A stretch of DNA of 63,961 bases, the filler included, from Reclinomonas americana ATCC 50394 (taxonomy: Eukaryota), in assembly GCA_048213135.1 (NCBI GenBank). It is 6 parts of 4 records of this genome, joined end to end, with 100 filler letters (N's around TTAATTAATTAA, not from the genome) between each part and the next. Parts side by side here need not be neighbours in the genome. Positions count along the whole stretch, not along the records: positions 14,572 to 39,620 come from PS015131.1; positions 39,721 to 47,361 come from PS015131.1; positions 47,462 to 56,753 come from PS015131.1; 3 more parts are not named here. One strand, 5' to 3'. The translations under genes were made by a program, and so were the position numbers. Below are positions 38,082 through 51,648 of this stretch, in pieces; position 1 is the stretch's first letter; every line of letters begins with the position of its first letter. The notes under the pieces are model-generated. The model searched no databases and was not told where the DNA came from. It worked only from the letters and a program-made list of their open reading frames with translations.

Positions 38082-39357
38082 GGCTCCTTCATCGAATCCG
38101 GCGAAGAAGAAGTCTTCCAGACCGAAATGATTGAGATGTTCTTCGAGCCAGTCACTCCGGCGCTGACTGTCGGCATTTGGACCTTCAACGACGTGAACGA
38201 GGTGGTCGATTCGCTGTCACTCGGCGCGCAACCGCAGAACACCAACGGCAGCATCAAGCTCTCGATGGACTCTGAAGTGTGAGTTCTTGATGGGATATCA
38301 CTGGATGCTCGTTTGTTTGTTTGTTTTAACCTTGCTGCTTCGCAGTGGTTTCCGCGCGGAAATCGACTTTTCGCAGCTGGAATCGTCACTGTGCACGATT
38401 GCGCTGGTGGTGCTTGATCGCGATTCACGGCCAATCGCTTCGTCCAACACAATCGGACGCGTGCTCACCGTGCGCAACATGATTACGCAAGGTTTGAGAG
38501 GGTCGTGGCGAGTGCGCGAGGGTGCAGTGCTGAAGTCTTATGTATTTTTCGCGACATCAGTGAGCACCAAGATGCATGTGCTGGCCGAGGGCGTGCCCGG
38601 CCTGCTCATTGGTGTGCTGTCGATGCTCAACTCGAACCCATGTTGGGCGCTGCGATGCCTGCAAAAGAGCACAAAGCGGACTCTGCGTGAGTCGGCTGCG
38701 CTGGCGCAGGAGCTCACGGCGGCGGTGATCAACTTGCCGCCACCACAAGGTGGGTGATTGCACGAGATCAAAAGGCCTTGCATGTGCTGACACATACTTT
38801 TCCCATCACCGCCACAGCCGCCATCTCCAAGGTCATTCGGTATGTCGACGAGCCTGAAGTTGATACCGCCGAGGAGCAACGCAAGAAGATTGCGTCGCTG
38901 ATCAAGTTGGAGACCGAGCGGCTGCTCATCAACGCCACCGTCATGTACCCGTCAGATCTCGTCAATCCACAAGGTGAGTGTGTTATTTCGCAAGCCGTGG
39001 TGGTTTGTTGACTGTGTGTGCTCACTTTGTTGCTCAGGTGTGCGTGTGGCCAGTGCTGCGCTTTTGCGAGCGTTGCTGCACTGGCGCGCGTTTGATCACG
39101 CCAAGTCGACGTTGTTGGAGCGAGTCGCGGACGCGCTGGCGTATGTGCTGGGAGTGCGTATTTTGTTTGCACTCCGCCTGTCTCTTCCAGAATCTGACTT
39201 GTGTATATTTGACAGGGCAAGCATCTGTCGGGCATCACGTCGGTGGTGCAGAGTGCACAGGTGACGGTCGATTTGATTCGTCTCCTCGACGGCACATTCA
39301 TGCACTTGGTGAACCGACCAGCGGAGCCGCTGAATGTGAAGACGGACCGCACGTTGC
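38082..39357 (+). CDS. Multi-exon coding region, possibly a TerD-like beta domain followed by helices; may continue the 30356 gene
   Basis: In-frame exons: ALTVGIWTFNDVNEVVDSL...NGSIKLSMD...AEIDFSQLESSLCTIALVV...GLLIGVLSMLNSNPCWALRCL. Confidence 0.5.
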
Positions 39358-39439
39358 GTGCCGAGGGGGAAGGGAGGGAGGGAAAGAGAGCGAGGGAGGG
39401 AGGGAAGGGAGAGAGAGGGAGGGAGAGAGAGCCCAGCAA

Positions 39440-39620
39440 GACAGAGTGTCCAGCGACAGAGTGTCCAGCGACAGAGTGTCCAGCGATGCAGAGAGCGTCC
39501 AGCGATGCAGAGAGCGTCCAGCGATGCAGAGAGCGTCCAGCGATGCAGAAAGCGACCAGCGATGCAGAAAGCGTCCAGCGATGCAGAAGCGTCCAGCGAT
39601 GCAGAAGCGTCCAGCGACAG
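39440..39620 (+). repeat. ~15-19 bp minisatellite AGCGTCCAGCGATGCAGA
   Basis: About 10 tandem copies at the scaffold end. Confidence 0.9.
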
Positions 39621-39735
39621 NNNNNNNNNNNNNNNNNNNNNNNNNNNNNNNNNNNNNNNNNNNNTTAATTAATTAANNNNNNNNNNNNNNNNNNNNNNNN
39701 NNNNNNNNNNNNNNNNNNNNTCAGTAGCTCTCTCT

Positions 39736-39779
<44 letters not shown>

Positions 39780-39853
39780 GACTTATCCAATGCAATCACT
39801 CTCCCCTTTCCCCCTTTGCCCCCTTTTCCTTTCCCCCTTCCACCACTCCTCAC

Positions 39854-40036
39854 CAATCGACGAGCATTCCACGTTCTCTTCGCGGCGGCATTGTAGGCGG
39901 GCGCCGGCGGAGGCCACAGCGCGGCAAACACCAGCAGCATGCTGGCGCCTGTCATGACGGCGAGTCCAGCCAGCTGCGAGCGCTCTTCTGTGCTGGCCAG
40001 GGTGACAATGGAGCGGAGGTCGTCGACGACTGACAT
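39854..40036 (-). CDS. First exon of a membrane protein (truncated at the scaffold end)
   Basis: MSVVDDLRS...LAGLAVMTGASMLLVFAALWPP (TM-like), followed by a GTGAGG donor. Confidence 0.5.
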
Positions 40037-40793
40037 GTTGATGTGTGTGTGTGCGTGAGTGAGTGAGTGAGTGATGAGAGTGTAAGAGAGAGAAGATTCG
40101 ATGGATCGATGTTCGGATTGATTGGTTTCGAACTAGATTGTAGATTCTTCTGGAAATAACAAACAACTTTACTAATCCCAACAGCAGCACAACTGCATGA
40201 TGATCGCTGTTCTGAGTGAGCACCAGAAACTGAGACTTCACACGGAAACAAGAAGAAGTAGACGTCGTGATGTCCTGCTGGCGTTTACGTTTCGTTCTTC
40301 AGGAGCAACCCACGGCTCGTGACAAGCAGGCAACAGATGAACAGATGAGCAGCCACCTCCAACCCTTCCGCGCAGATAGTCATGGCAGCGGAAGATTTTG
40401 TTCGCTGTCGGATTCGAACAACCTGCATGCAGGACAACTCTAATATGCGTCGCATGGCCAGTTGGCGAAGCGGACTGTGACACAAGCACTTGATCACTCT
40501 ATCACTCTCTTCCCATTGCTGGATGATTGCGCACATCACTTGTTACAGCCGTTCTGATCTCTTCTTATGAATTTCACTTCCCTCGTCCCCCTCCTTAGTC
40601 TCTCATCGCTCCTTCAGAATGCATGTGTTCATTTGCAACAACAAGCCAACCAATCATACTCGGATCCCGTCGAGGGGAGCGAGGGGAAGGCGAGTTCACA
40701 CAAAGACAACAAAGGGGTAGTAAGAGGCAAAACGCGTGAAAAAAGGGGAGAAGAGAAGAAATTGGCCAAGAGAGGACCCGGAGGTGGCAAGGG

Positions 40794-43700
40794 CTAGACA
40801 GGAAGGCCCTCACAGATACCGTAATTGCATACCCCAGCGCAGCATTCGCTATTGTCGTTGCAGCTCACGTTCGCAGCGCCGCAGGTGGCACTGCAAACCG
40901 AATAAACACAAAAACCTGAGCAACAATCAGCGCCGCTCATGCACGGGTCATTCAGCGCGCCACCGGTGCACGCCGGCGTGCACGTGTTGTAGGTGCATGA
41001 ATTCGAGCAGCATTGTCCGCTGGACGAGCAGCTGGCACCATCTGTCGCGCACGCGCACCGCGCAACGCCAGTGGATGTGGAGCACTCGCTGCCCTCGGCG
41101 CACTGCGCAATGATCGAGGTGGTGCCGTAGACGCACGTCAGCACCGCACGGCGGTTCAGCGAGCACGTCGTGGTGCCGTCGGGCAGCGTGCACACGCCGC
41201 AGTCGGAGCCGCCGTAGCCGGTGGGGCATGTGATCGGAGCGCCCTGCGCCGCACGACCAATCGCCACCCACGTCACGTACACAATGTCCGACACGTCCGA
41301 GCCGCTGGCGTTGTACGAGATCGCCGTCACGTAGTCCTCGTTGCCGAGGCGCCTGGTGGTGAACTGCAGCGACGACTGATCGACGCGGTTCTGCACAATG
41401 ACTGCCGACGACTTCCAGCCGCGCAGGAACAGCTGAATGCCAAGGGTGGCGCGCAGCAGGCCGTTGGGGGTCGACGACGTCACCAGGCTGGCCGTCTGCG
41501 TGGTGGCGGCGCCGGGGTGGGTCGTTTCTGGACAAAAGTATTTTAGACAAAATTTCGCAAATGCAGAGGTGGGTGACAGGACGCACCACCCGACAGCATG
41601 ACAAAGCCGCTGTTGTTGGTGTTGTCGGGGCGAGTCGGCGCCACAGCAAAGCGCGCAGACACCGCCTCCATGCGCGAGTCGCCGCTCACCGTGCCCTTGA
41701 TGACAAAGCTGGTGCGCGACGCCGAGCTGCTCGACAGCGAAAAGTTGTCACCGCGAACGCGTCCGTCGTTGCCGACAGCCGACTTGCGGATCGACAGCAC
41801 ACCAATGACGGCCACGGGAATGGCCGGCACCGACGCAAACTGGTACGCCGACGACACGCTCACCAACTGCGCAGACGGGGAGTGAGTAGTCTGACCAAGA
41901 GGCAAGAATCTCCAAACAGACACGCAACAGATGGGCTGTTCTTGTTCAGCGCATCCGTCACCCACGCCTTGCTTGTCAGCGTGCGCTGACCGTCCATCGA
42001 CAGAGCATTGGTCTGGTGCACGTAGTACGCCAGATAGCCTGTATCATGGAAAAGAGATGAGCCACCTTGCCGTGCCTTGTCCTCTATCGCAGTGAACGCA
42101 ACTCAGAGTGATGGTGGGTCCCACTTGCCCGGAAGTCGACACACCGTAGCAACGAGTCGACATCCTCGCCACAGTCACCACCGGCTCAGCGCAGAAGGCA
42201 AAGGTGCCGTCAGCCGGCTCGTTGGCCAGAGTGGAAATCGGCGCGGCCTGCTGGTTGCCGACACTGGCAAAACCGATCAAGACACGCGGGCGGCGGAAGA
42301 ACTCGCTCGCAAACGTCAACTGAATGGTGGTGGTCGTCACCGCCAGTGTCGACATGCTCGGCTTCGCCACGTCAGCGGCCAACGGAGTCGATGTGGGAGT
42401 GGGGGCGCTCGTGTTGAGACCGCCGTCGGTCATGAAGCCGGAGACAAACGACTCCTCCGCCGATTCGTACGGTCCGTTGTTGGCCGCCACACACAACTTG
42501 TAGGCACCGCCACCGCGAGAGCCGTTCGGGGTGATGTTTGCGCGGAACAGGCGGCAGCCGGTGATGAACTGGCACGCATCGGCGCCGCTGCGCGTAAACA
42601 CCGCACCGACACTGCCCGTCAGCGTCGAGTAGTCCGACAGGGTGGAGCAGTCGGCGCCGGCCGGAACCAGCTTGAAGCTCGTGCAGTCGGTGAGGTTGTC
42701 AGCCGACGAACCAATCACGATCGAGTTGGCACTGCCGTACTTGAGCACGGGCGGATTGGCAAAGGAGACCACGGGGGTCGACGAGGCAGAGGTGACAACA
42801 ATCGGGACCGTTTGCAGGCGGTAGACGGCGGTGCCGCCGGCCTGGAACCTACAAGAGGGGAAGGGTGAGAGGGGGAAGGGGAAGGGAGCAGGAGAAGGGA
42901 AGGGAAGGAAAGGGAAGGGAAAGGGGGGAAGGGAAAGGAAGGGGAAGGAAGGGGAATGGAAATGAAGCGAGAGGACAGGAACGGGGAAGGGGAAGGGGGA
43001 AGAAAGGGAGACGAGGACAAAGAGCGACAGCGGCACAAAAATTGTGGTATAAAGGATAAAGATGCCTGACAACAGCACCAGCAAAAGGGTTGGAGAAAAA
43101 GAAACAACAGCGCTAGACAGATAGAGGCGGCCAACGGAGATGCACGGAGAGTTGATCATAAAAAGGAGGGAGACGCCAGACACGCGCAGCACCAAAGAGA
43201 TGAGCATAACAATACCTGTCACTACCCTCCTTCTCTCTCTCTCTCCCTCCCTTCCCCCACGTGGACGCAACTTGCCACACAGATAGTACACGCCCGGCGA
43301 CGCCAGCGTGCAAGAGCCAGTCGCCGTCGCACCCAACGCGCCCTGCGCAAACGAGGCACCAGTGGCCACCGAGAACACAGCCTGGAGACCAGACGGGTCG
43401 CTGGACTGCAGCGAGGCGCTCGAATTGGGCGCCGCCGCGCCGCTGCAATCCGCAGCGGCGTACAGGCCAAACGAGCCACCGGCGCCCAGCTGACGGTTGG
43501 CAAAGTGCTGGCCGGCCACCGTCAGGCGGTAGTCGGCGAGACCGTTCACCAGCTGCGGCGAGCGGCTCTGCGTGTTGATGGTGTCTGTGTGACGGGAAGA
43601 TGATGAGTGTCCATGAAAGTCGACATGTTTCTGATCTGATGACCACTGCACGCAACAGACAAACACAGTGGCCACATACTCGTTGCGGGCGGCCGTGCCA

Positions 43701-44338
43701 GCACCGTCAACGTCAATGCACAGGTAGCGCTCACCGCCGTTGCCGTCGCCCGACGCATTGAAGGTGAGCGAGGCGGCGGCGTTGGAGTTGACGACAGTGG
43801 TGGGAGAGGTGCCGGTGCACGAGCGGTCGAGGAAGAGAGTGGCGGTGGAGGAAGTCGACCAGGCGATAGCCGAGCCAGTGACACTAATGTTCACGATCTG
43901 ACCAGCGACACCGGCCTTGATGGCGATGTTGCTCGGAGAGATGACTGCGCCAACAACAAAAAAAAAGGAGTCAACGGCCAGGAAAAAGAAGTGTCGAAAA
44001 AGGACAGGAGGAGCCAAAGGCGGGAAACCAGCAAACATGCTTGGAAAATGCACACAGCGCGCGCGAGCCAGGCACGTGCACGGTTGCAATGACACAGCCA
44101 AGTAAATCGACGAGAAAAAAAAAGGCGCGAGAAAAGTTGCGCGGGAAAACAAATGCAACAAACAAAAATATGCAGCAGATTGCGCGCGAAAATGTTGAGT
44201 GGGTGCTTGCGTGTGAACGTGTGTGTGTGTGTGTGTGAACTCACATGCGGCGGATGCAGTGCTGCACAGCACAGCAAGCGAGAGCAGTGCGACGAGGCAC
44301 AGCGCGGAGGCGGAGCGGAGGAGAGTGGGGGCCGACAT
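40794..44338 (-). CDS. Secreted modular protein: signal peptide, Ig-like beta repeats, three H-type-lectin-like domains, EGF-like motif, three cystine-knot-like repeats
   Basis: MSAPTLLRSASALCLVALLSLAVLCSTASA; LTFASEFFRRPRVLIGF...LSYLAY; YQFASVPAIPVAVIGV...SRTSFVI...ARFAVA; ...VYVTWVAIG; CPTGYGGSDC; three C-x6/8-C-x5-CC-x3-C-x4-C units; TAG at 40794. Confidence 0.8.
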
Positions 44339-44388
44339 GTTTGCCACACTCTGTGCGCGCGCACACACACGAGGACAACTGTGAGATG

Positions 44389-44427
<39 letters not shown>

Positions 44428-44727
44428 TGTGTGACACACAGAGAGAGCAAAGAGTTGAGGAGAGAGCACAGTGTGCGTGTGTAAACGAGAGTGAGTGTTG
44501 GGGGAAAAGATAGACGAACGTGTGAAACCATCGTGCAGGAAGCGGAAAAGGAAAGAAGGCTGTACCGAGGGAGAGGGGGGAGGGAGAGAGGAGACAAGAA
44601 GGAAACGTGCGGGTGAGGAGGTGCAACGCGGAGGCATAGTGTTCGCTCACCGACCTCAGCAAAAATGAAATATCAATTGTCTGTCTGTTCGCCGGAAGCG
44701 GTGGGTGGACTTGTCTTCATTCTCAAT

Positions 44728-47191
44728 TCATTCCTCGTCTCCCAATCCACCCATCAGATTCGCCATACTCCTCGTCGTCACCTCTCTCCTTGACCGCGTG
44801 GATCGAGTGCCACCGGCCAGGGGCATTACGACATCTGCACTCATGGCAGACGCCATGGACGGCTCTTCTTCCTCTGCCTCCTCCTCCTCCTCCTCCTCGT
44901 CCTCTTCATCCCGGTTCCTCGCACCACGGCGTTTCCGTCGCGGACTGTCCACCCGCATCCGTGACACGGCTCCTCCGACCTCGACCGCCCCGCCGTCCTC
45001 GCCATCGCGCCCGGGACTCTCGTCGGGCACCAGGGCGCGAGAGGCCACTGCCGCCACGTCCTTCACGGAGCGAATGAGTTGTCGGGTGACCAGCGACTGC
45101 AGCACACGTTGTGCCGTTGCCGTCAGTTGTGAAGGCGCCGACGCAGTGGCCGAGGCGTTGAGGCCGAGCTGCTCGGCCCACGACTTGGTGCGGTGCACCA
45201 GTTGTGCCAGCGCATGCCGACACGTCGGCACGTACTCCAGGAAACAGAATCCCTCGCACGAGAAGCACGAGAGTGCACGCACCAACTCGAGTGCCTCGTG
45301 AACCGCCCGGCATCGCGACGCATGCGACGACGACCGCATGTACACCTCCAGTTCGGCCGACGACATGCGCTGCAGCACCCCGTCGACAGCCTCCTCCTGC
45401 TGGTACGCGAAGTCGACCAGACGGACCACCAGCTGTTCGCACAGCGAAGGGCCGCGATTCGAGCCACCGCCACCCCCACCTGCAGCCGCCCCAGCAGCAG
45501 CAACCGCGGCGGCGGCGGCGGGATTACCACCGCCATTGGTCGTGGCCGTTTGTCGAATCATGGGTGATCGCTGCNNNNNNNNNNNNNNNNNNNNNNNNNN
45601 NNNNNNNNNNNNNNNNNNNNNNNNNNNNNNNNNNNNNNNNNNNNNNNNNNNNNNNNNNNNNNNNNNNNNNNNNNNNNNNNNNNNNNNNNNNNNNNNNNNN
45701 NNNNNNNNNNNNNNNNNNNNCTATCTTCAACATTCTCTTCTCCGCACTTCCCGAAGTCATTCGCGCGCTCTTCTCAGGCCCACTGTTCCCCTCGCATCGT
45801 CCTCGCCATTCTCATAGACCTCATCAACAACCTTACGCATCACTTGACATCTTTCCCCTCATCTCAACCTCCAACCCATTCATCATCCCAGAATTCTCTC
45901 CTTTCACGACTCCTTCTCTTCCCCCTCACTTCCCAAGTCATTCACGTGTTCTTCTCAAGCCCCACTGTTCCCCTCACATCATCCTCGCCATTGCCATTCA
46001 CCATCAACAACATTTCCCCTCACTCTACTTCTCCTTTCCCCCTCGTCTCCTGTTCCTCTCATCCCCCTCGTCTCCCTCTCTCATCTCCCTTGATCACTCA
46101 CCAACGACTGCCACACATCACGCTGCAAGTGCGCCTGCACCGGCGCCCCAGCATCGCCTGCTCGTGGCGTGTGTAAGAAATAAAACAAACAAACGCACAC
46201 GTTAATTAAAGGAAACGCACCCGCCAGAGACACACGGTCGCGACTGCCACTGGCCATTGTGCTCCGCGGACCGAGCCGATTGCTGGACTTGGAGAACGCG
46301 CCAACTCCTTACCACGCGCCATGTCAGTACACAACAAACGTCACGCAGAAGCGCATGAGCCGACGCATCCTCACCTCCATCACTCTTATCAGCGGCTTCA
46401 CCCTTGCCTCTACCACCACCATTATCGGCGTCATCGTCCTCGTCGTCATCATCCATCATGCCCACCGAGATACTCGACCGCCGATTGATCGGCGGCGGCA
46501 ACACCAGCTCCGCCAAGTGCCGGTCGTTGAGGAGACCAGCAAAGACGCGCACTGCCAGCGCACGCACCAGCATCGGTGACTCACGCGCAAATATCAACGA
46601 CTCCAGCGTCCCCGACGAAATCAGCAGCTCGGCCTTGCGCAACCGTCGACACTTGCTCATCAGTGGCACCAGGCGCTCCATGCACTGCAGTGTCTCCACC
46701 ACGGCATTCGACTCCCTGTCGCCGGAGACCGACAACATTTGCAGCACTTCACAGAGCAGCGGTACACAACTGTGATTGGCGCGCGCGAGAGAGTGAATGA
46801 ACCACCACCAAAGGCCAAGAAAAACAGTGATAAAGGCGCACGCACTTGGGACTCTCGGAAACAGCCGCCTTTTGATCGGCATCCCACACAAACGAGTCGA
46901 GCAGCGAAGAAAAGTGCGGCACTCGTCTCTTGTCGGTGAGCACAAAGTCATTCACACCGTCCAGCGACGCCTTGGCCGCCATGTAGTCCACCACGAATTC
47001 CTCCACGTCTTCCACCTGGCACGACAGGGCGCTCGAGATGGAAGCGCTGGTGAACTGCGATGGAGGGGAGGGGGGAGGGGAGATGAGGCAAGAGAGAGAG
47101 AGAGAGAGAGACAACAGATAACCGAGGAAGACCTTGACGGGGGTTCGCTGCACTCCGCGGATCTTGATGCGCGATGAGAATGCCACGGAAT
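44728..47191 (-). CDS. Helical-repeat (ARM/HEAT-like) protein, 3' exons; possibly the C-terminal half of the ATRIP-like gene
   Basis: VLQMLSVSGDRESNAVVETLQCMERLVPL...LVRALAVRVFAGLL; SLCEQLVVRLVDF...AVHEALELVRAL; acidic tail; TGA at 44728. Confidence 0.55.
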
Positions 47192-47461
47192 CTGCAAAGC
47201 GCAATAGTGTAAGATCTCCGCGAACGAGAGACAATTGTCTCCCACTCTTCATGCCTCATTCTCACTATCTGTGTTCATACTACAACAAATACATTCACCA
47301 ACAAACAAGCAACAGCTGTCTTGATGACCAAGTTCAACCGTATCCAAAACATCAACACAAANNNNNNNNNNNNNNNNNNNNNNNNNNNNNNNNNNNNNNN
47401 NNNNNTTAATTAATTAANNNNNNNNNNNNNNNNNNNNNNNNNNNNNNNNNNNNNNNNNNNN

Positions 47462-47563
<102 letters not shown>

Positions 47564-47779
47564 TCTTCTTCTTCTTCTTCTTCTTCTTTCTTTCTTCTTC
47601 TTCTTCTCTCTCTCTCTCTCTCTTCTTCTTCTTCTTCTCTCTTCTTCTTCTTCTTCTTTTTCTTCTTTCTCCTTTCTCTCCCTCTTTCTTTCTTTCTTCT
47701 CTCTCTTTCCCTCTATCTCTCTCTCTTTCCCTCCCTCCCTCCCTCCCTCCCTCACCCCCTCCCCCTCCCACCCACTCAC

Positions 47780-50700
47780 CTGCGTCACCATCTCCTCCGA
47801 CATTGCCGCACCCTGCCTCTGCTGTGTGTACAACAACTCCAGCGAGCTGCGCTTTCGCGTCACTGGGGTGGCTCCTCGCTTCCCCTGCGACACCAGACGC
47901 TGGCCCGAGTTGCGCAGTTGCGAGTTGCGCTGCATCAACAGCTGACTCTGAAACACCTCGCGAGGCGTCGACACTGCGCCCGGCGTCGCGCTACCGCCAC
48001 CACCACCGGACCTTGGTGGTGGAGTCTCTGGCCCGACGACACTGCCGCCGCCGACCTGTGTACCGCCGACGGTGATTGCCTGCAGCATCGCCTCCTTGCG
48101 CTCTCGATCCTCCTCAATCTCCCGAATCCGCTCGTCGCGAAACTTGATTTGCGCCCGCACATTTTCCACACTCTGCAACGACTCCAGTCGCACTCGCTCC
48201 ACCTCGGCCTCCTTCAGCTTCTCCACATCTCGGTACTGCCGTCGCAAATTGAACAGCTCCTTGTCACGTGACTGCAACGAGCCCTCCAGCACGCGGATCT
48301 TGCCCTCGCGCACACTCAACTCGTCGTCGCGATGCTTGAGTTGCATGTCGAGCTCGGCCAGCTTGCTCTCCAGCGCTTGCAGACGGTCCGTGAGGATCTT
48401 GTCGACCTTCGCGCCGCCCGTGGCTGCTGCCGCCGCGAGGGGAAGTGAGAACCAGAAGAAAAATCGAGCAAACCATGGACATTGGCGCACCTTGAGAGAC
48501 TGGAGAATCCGCCCGTGCGGTGGCTTGGTTACCACGTCCGCGAGATGGCGAAATCGGCACGGCGCTGGGATTGGCAGCGGCGGTCGCCATTCGTGCCGTC
48601 GATGCGGGATCTGCCATGCTGTGCTGCTGCTCTGGCGGCTGCAAAGGTGACGGCGGTGTGGGCGGTGGAGGCGGGACCAGTGATGATGACGACGGAGAGG
48701 CCTGCGGCACGCTCGCCGGTGGCTGTTGTGGAGGTGCGGGCGGTGGACGGAGGGAGCCGGCAAACAGCACCGGTGACATGACAGAGGGCGTTGGCTGCGG
48801 CACGACCTGTCGAGCGGGCATGAGAAGAGAATAGATACCAAGGGAGGAGGGAAAACAAGCAACCTGTGGCGCCGACGACGACGACACTGGTGATGACGAA
48901 GGCACCGAGGACTCGGTGGGACGAAGCAGGTCGCCCTCCATGTCGTCGAGATCCATGGCGCGCCAGTCGATGCCAGCTGCGTGAGGAGAAGTGAGAGGAG
49001 AGGCGACAGGAGAGGGGAGAGGAGAAGGGAGACGAGAANNNNNNNNNNNNNNNNNNNNNNNNNNNNNNNNNNNNNNNNNNNNNNNNNNNNNNNNNNNNNN
49101 NNNNNNNNNNNNNNNNNNNNNNNNNNNNNNNNNNNNNNNNNNNNNNNNNNNNNNNNNNNNNNNNNNNNNNNNNNNNNNNNNNNNNNNNNNNNNNNNNNNN
49201 NNNNNNNNNNNNNNNNNNNNNNNNNNNNNNNNNNNNNNNNNNNNNNNNNNNNNNNNNNNNNNNNNNNNNNNNNNNNNNNNNNNNNNNNNNNNNNNNNNNN
49301 NNNNNNNNNNNNNNNNNNNNNNNNNNNNNNNNNNNNNNNNNNNNNNNNNNNNNNNNNNNNNNNNNNNNNNNNNNNNNNNNNNNNNNNNNNNNNNNNNNNN
49401 NNNNNNNNNNNNNNNNNNNNNNNNNNNNNNNNNNNNNNNNNNNNNNNNNNNNNNNNNNNNNNNNNNNNNNNNNNNNNNNNNNNNNNNNNNNNNNNNNNNN
49501 NNNNNNNNNNNNNNNNNNNNNNNNNNNNNNNNNNNNNNNNNNNNNNNNNNNNNNNNNNNNNNNNNNNNNNNNNNNNNNNNNNNNNNNNNNNNNNNNNNNN
49601 NNNNNNNNNNNNNNNNNNNNNNNNNNNNNNNNNNNNNNNNNNNNNNNNNNNNNNNNNNNNNNNNNNNNNNNNNNNNNNNNNNNNNNNNNNNNNNNNNNNN
49701 NNNNNNNNNNNNNNNNNNNNNNNNNNNNNNNNNNNNNNNNNNNNNNNNNNNNNNNNNNNNNNNNNNNNNNNNNNNNNNNNNNNNNNNNNNNNNNNNNNNN
49801 NNNNNNNNNNNNNNNNNNNNNNNNNNNNNNNNNNNNNNNNNNNNNNNNNNNNNNNNNNNNNNNNNNNNNNNNNNNNNNNNNNNNNNNNNNNNNNNNNNNN
49901 NNNNNNNNNNNNNNNNNNNNNNNNNNNNNNNNNNNNNNNNNNNNNNNNNNNNNNNNNNNNNNNNNNNNNNNNNNNNNNNNNNNNNNNNNNNNNNNNNNNN
50001 NNNNNNNNNNNNNNNNNNNNNTGCGTTCACCACCGAGAGCGGAGCTGCTGGTGGGGACCAGGCGCGGCGAGAATGGCTTGCGTTGCTGCTGCTGTTGCTG
50101 CTGCTGCTGTGACGCCGATGGCACTGGTGGCGGCTGTGGTGGCGGCAGAGAGGAGGCTGGAGCACGTGTGGACGAAGGCAGTGGCTGAGGAGCAGGCAGC
50201 GAAGATGCCGCCGATGCTCCCCTCCCTCGGCCAGCAGCAGCCGACGACGACGACGACGACGACATGCCGGGAGGAGGTGGGAGCTGTGGCCGTGTGGCGG
50301 AGCTGCTGGGCGGCGCGTAGCGCACAGATCGCGAGCCGACATTGCCGGCGGCACCGGCACCGGCAAGGTTGGCGGTGGAGCCGACGCTTTGCGATCGCCA
50401 CTGATTGCTCGGCAATTGCGACAGGGCGGACGAGGAGGTGCCGGCGTGCGCCGTGGTCGGTGGCGCACTGCGAGTTGAAGTCTGTGAGGCCATTGTGCCG
50501 CTCTGTCGTCGCTCCATCTTTTTGTACTGCAGACGGGCGGGGAGAAGGGAATGAGAGTGTGGGTTGTGTGCGCGGGGGGGAGACGAGATGTGGGGATGTG
50601 GACGCACGATCTCGGCCAATTGCTCCTCGCCAATGTCCTCGAAATCGAGATCACCAAAGTCGTCCTCCTTGAGCGAGACGGCGGAGGAGGGGGCCATGGA

Positions 50701-51286
50701 GGGGCGCACTAAATGGGGGAAGGGGAGGGGGAAGGGAAGGATGAGGGAATAAGAAGAAGAGAACAGAAAGAACGTAAATGAAGAAAGGATAAATGAAGTG
50801 GAATGGGGGGAGGGAGTGAAGGGGGAAGGTTAGGGCAAACAAGACAGACAAGGCGGGAACGAGTTGCTGAAGAAGAAAAACTGAAGGAGGAAATGATTAG
50901 AAGAAGAGGGACGAGAGATGCGTCACAGAGAAGCTTGCACAAGGGGAAAAGAGGGTACACGCAGCGATGGAGAGGGGAATTGGTAATGAGGGGATTGAAG
51001 GAGAGGGTCGGGGAAAGAGAGAGGGCGAGTAGAAACAAAACTGACAAGGAGGGACTGCGATGGGAGAAGAGAAAAGGAGAGAGCGGAAGACATTGGAGGC
51101 AGAGAAACATGAGCAAAGGCACGCGGAGAAGAAGGCTGCATCTGTTTCCAGTTCAAGACACGCAACAAGTCGACGACTGGCCACCACCACCCCCTGATGA
51201 CGCCACCGCCGCCGCCATGGCAGCCGCCGACGCTCCAGTCACCGGTGAGGCCATGGACGCGGGAACAATTGATAATGCGCCGGAAG
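47780..51286 (-). CDS. ATRIP/Rad26/Lcd1-like protein, N-terminal part
   Basis: Acidic motif EDDFGDLDFEDIGEEQLAEI and coiled coil DDELSVREGKIRVLEGSL...VENVRAQIKFRDERIREI resemble the ATRIP K-x-GEI-x-ILR...L-x-FKD-x-E pattern (compared from memory). Confidence 0.62.
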
Positions 51287-51558
51287 CTGCGAATGGGTGG
51301 GTGGGTGAGAAGAGGGGAAGAGGGGGGGAGAGAGAGAGAGAGAAGAGGGGACAGAGAGAGAGAGAGAGAGAGAGAGGAGGGAGGGGGAGGGGAGGAGGAG
51401 GAGTGTTGTTAGTAGTAGACGACGACGACGTACGTACGTAGTGGTGGTACGGTACTTAACGTAAGTACGACTACGTACGACGTAAGTACGTACGTTACTT
51501 NNNNNNNNNNNNNNNNNNNNCGACGACGGACGGACGGACGACGACGAGAGACGAGTAC

Positions 51559-51648
<90 letters not shown>

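Noticed and set aside
51408-51560. Odd low-complexity TACG/GACG sequence (gtacgtacgtagtggtggtacgg...)
   Set aside because: It sits at contig ends after a microsatellite and resembles pyrosequencing flow-order noise.
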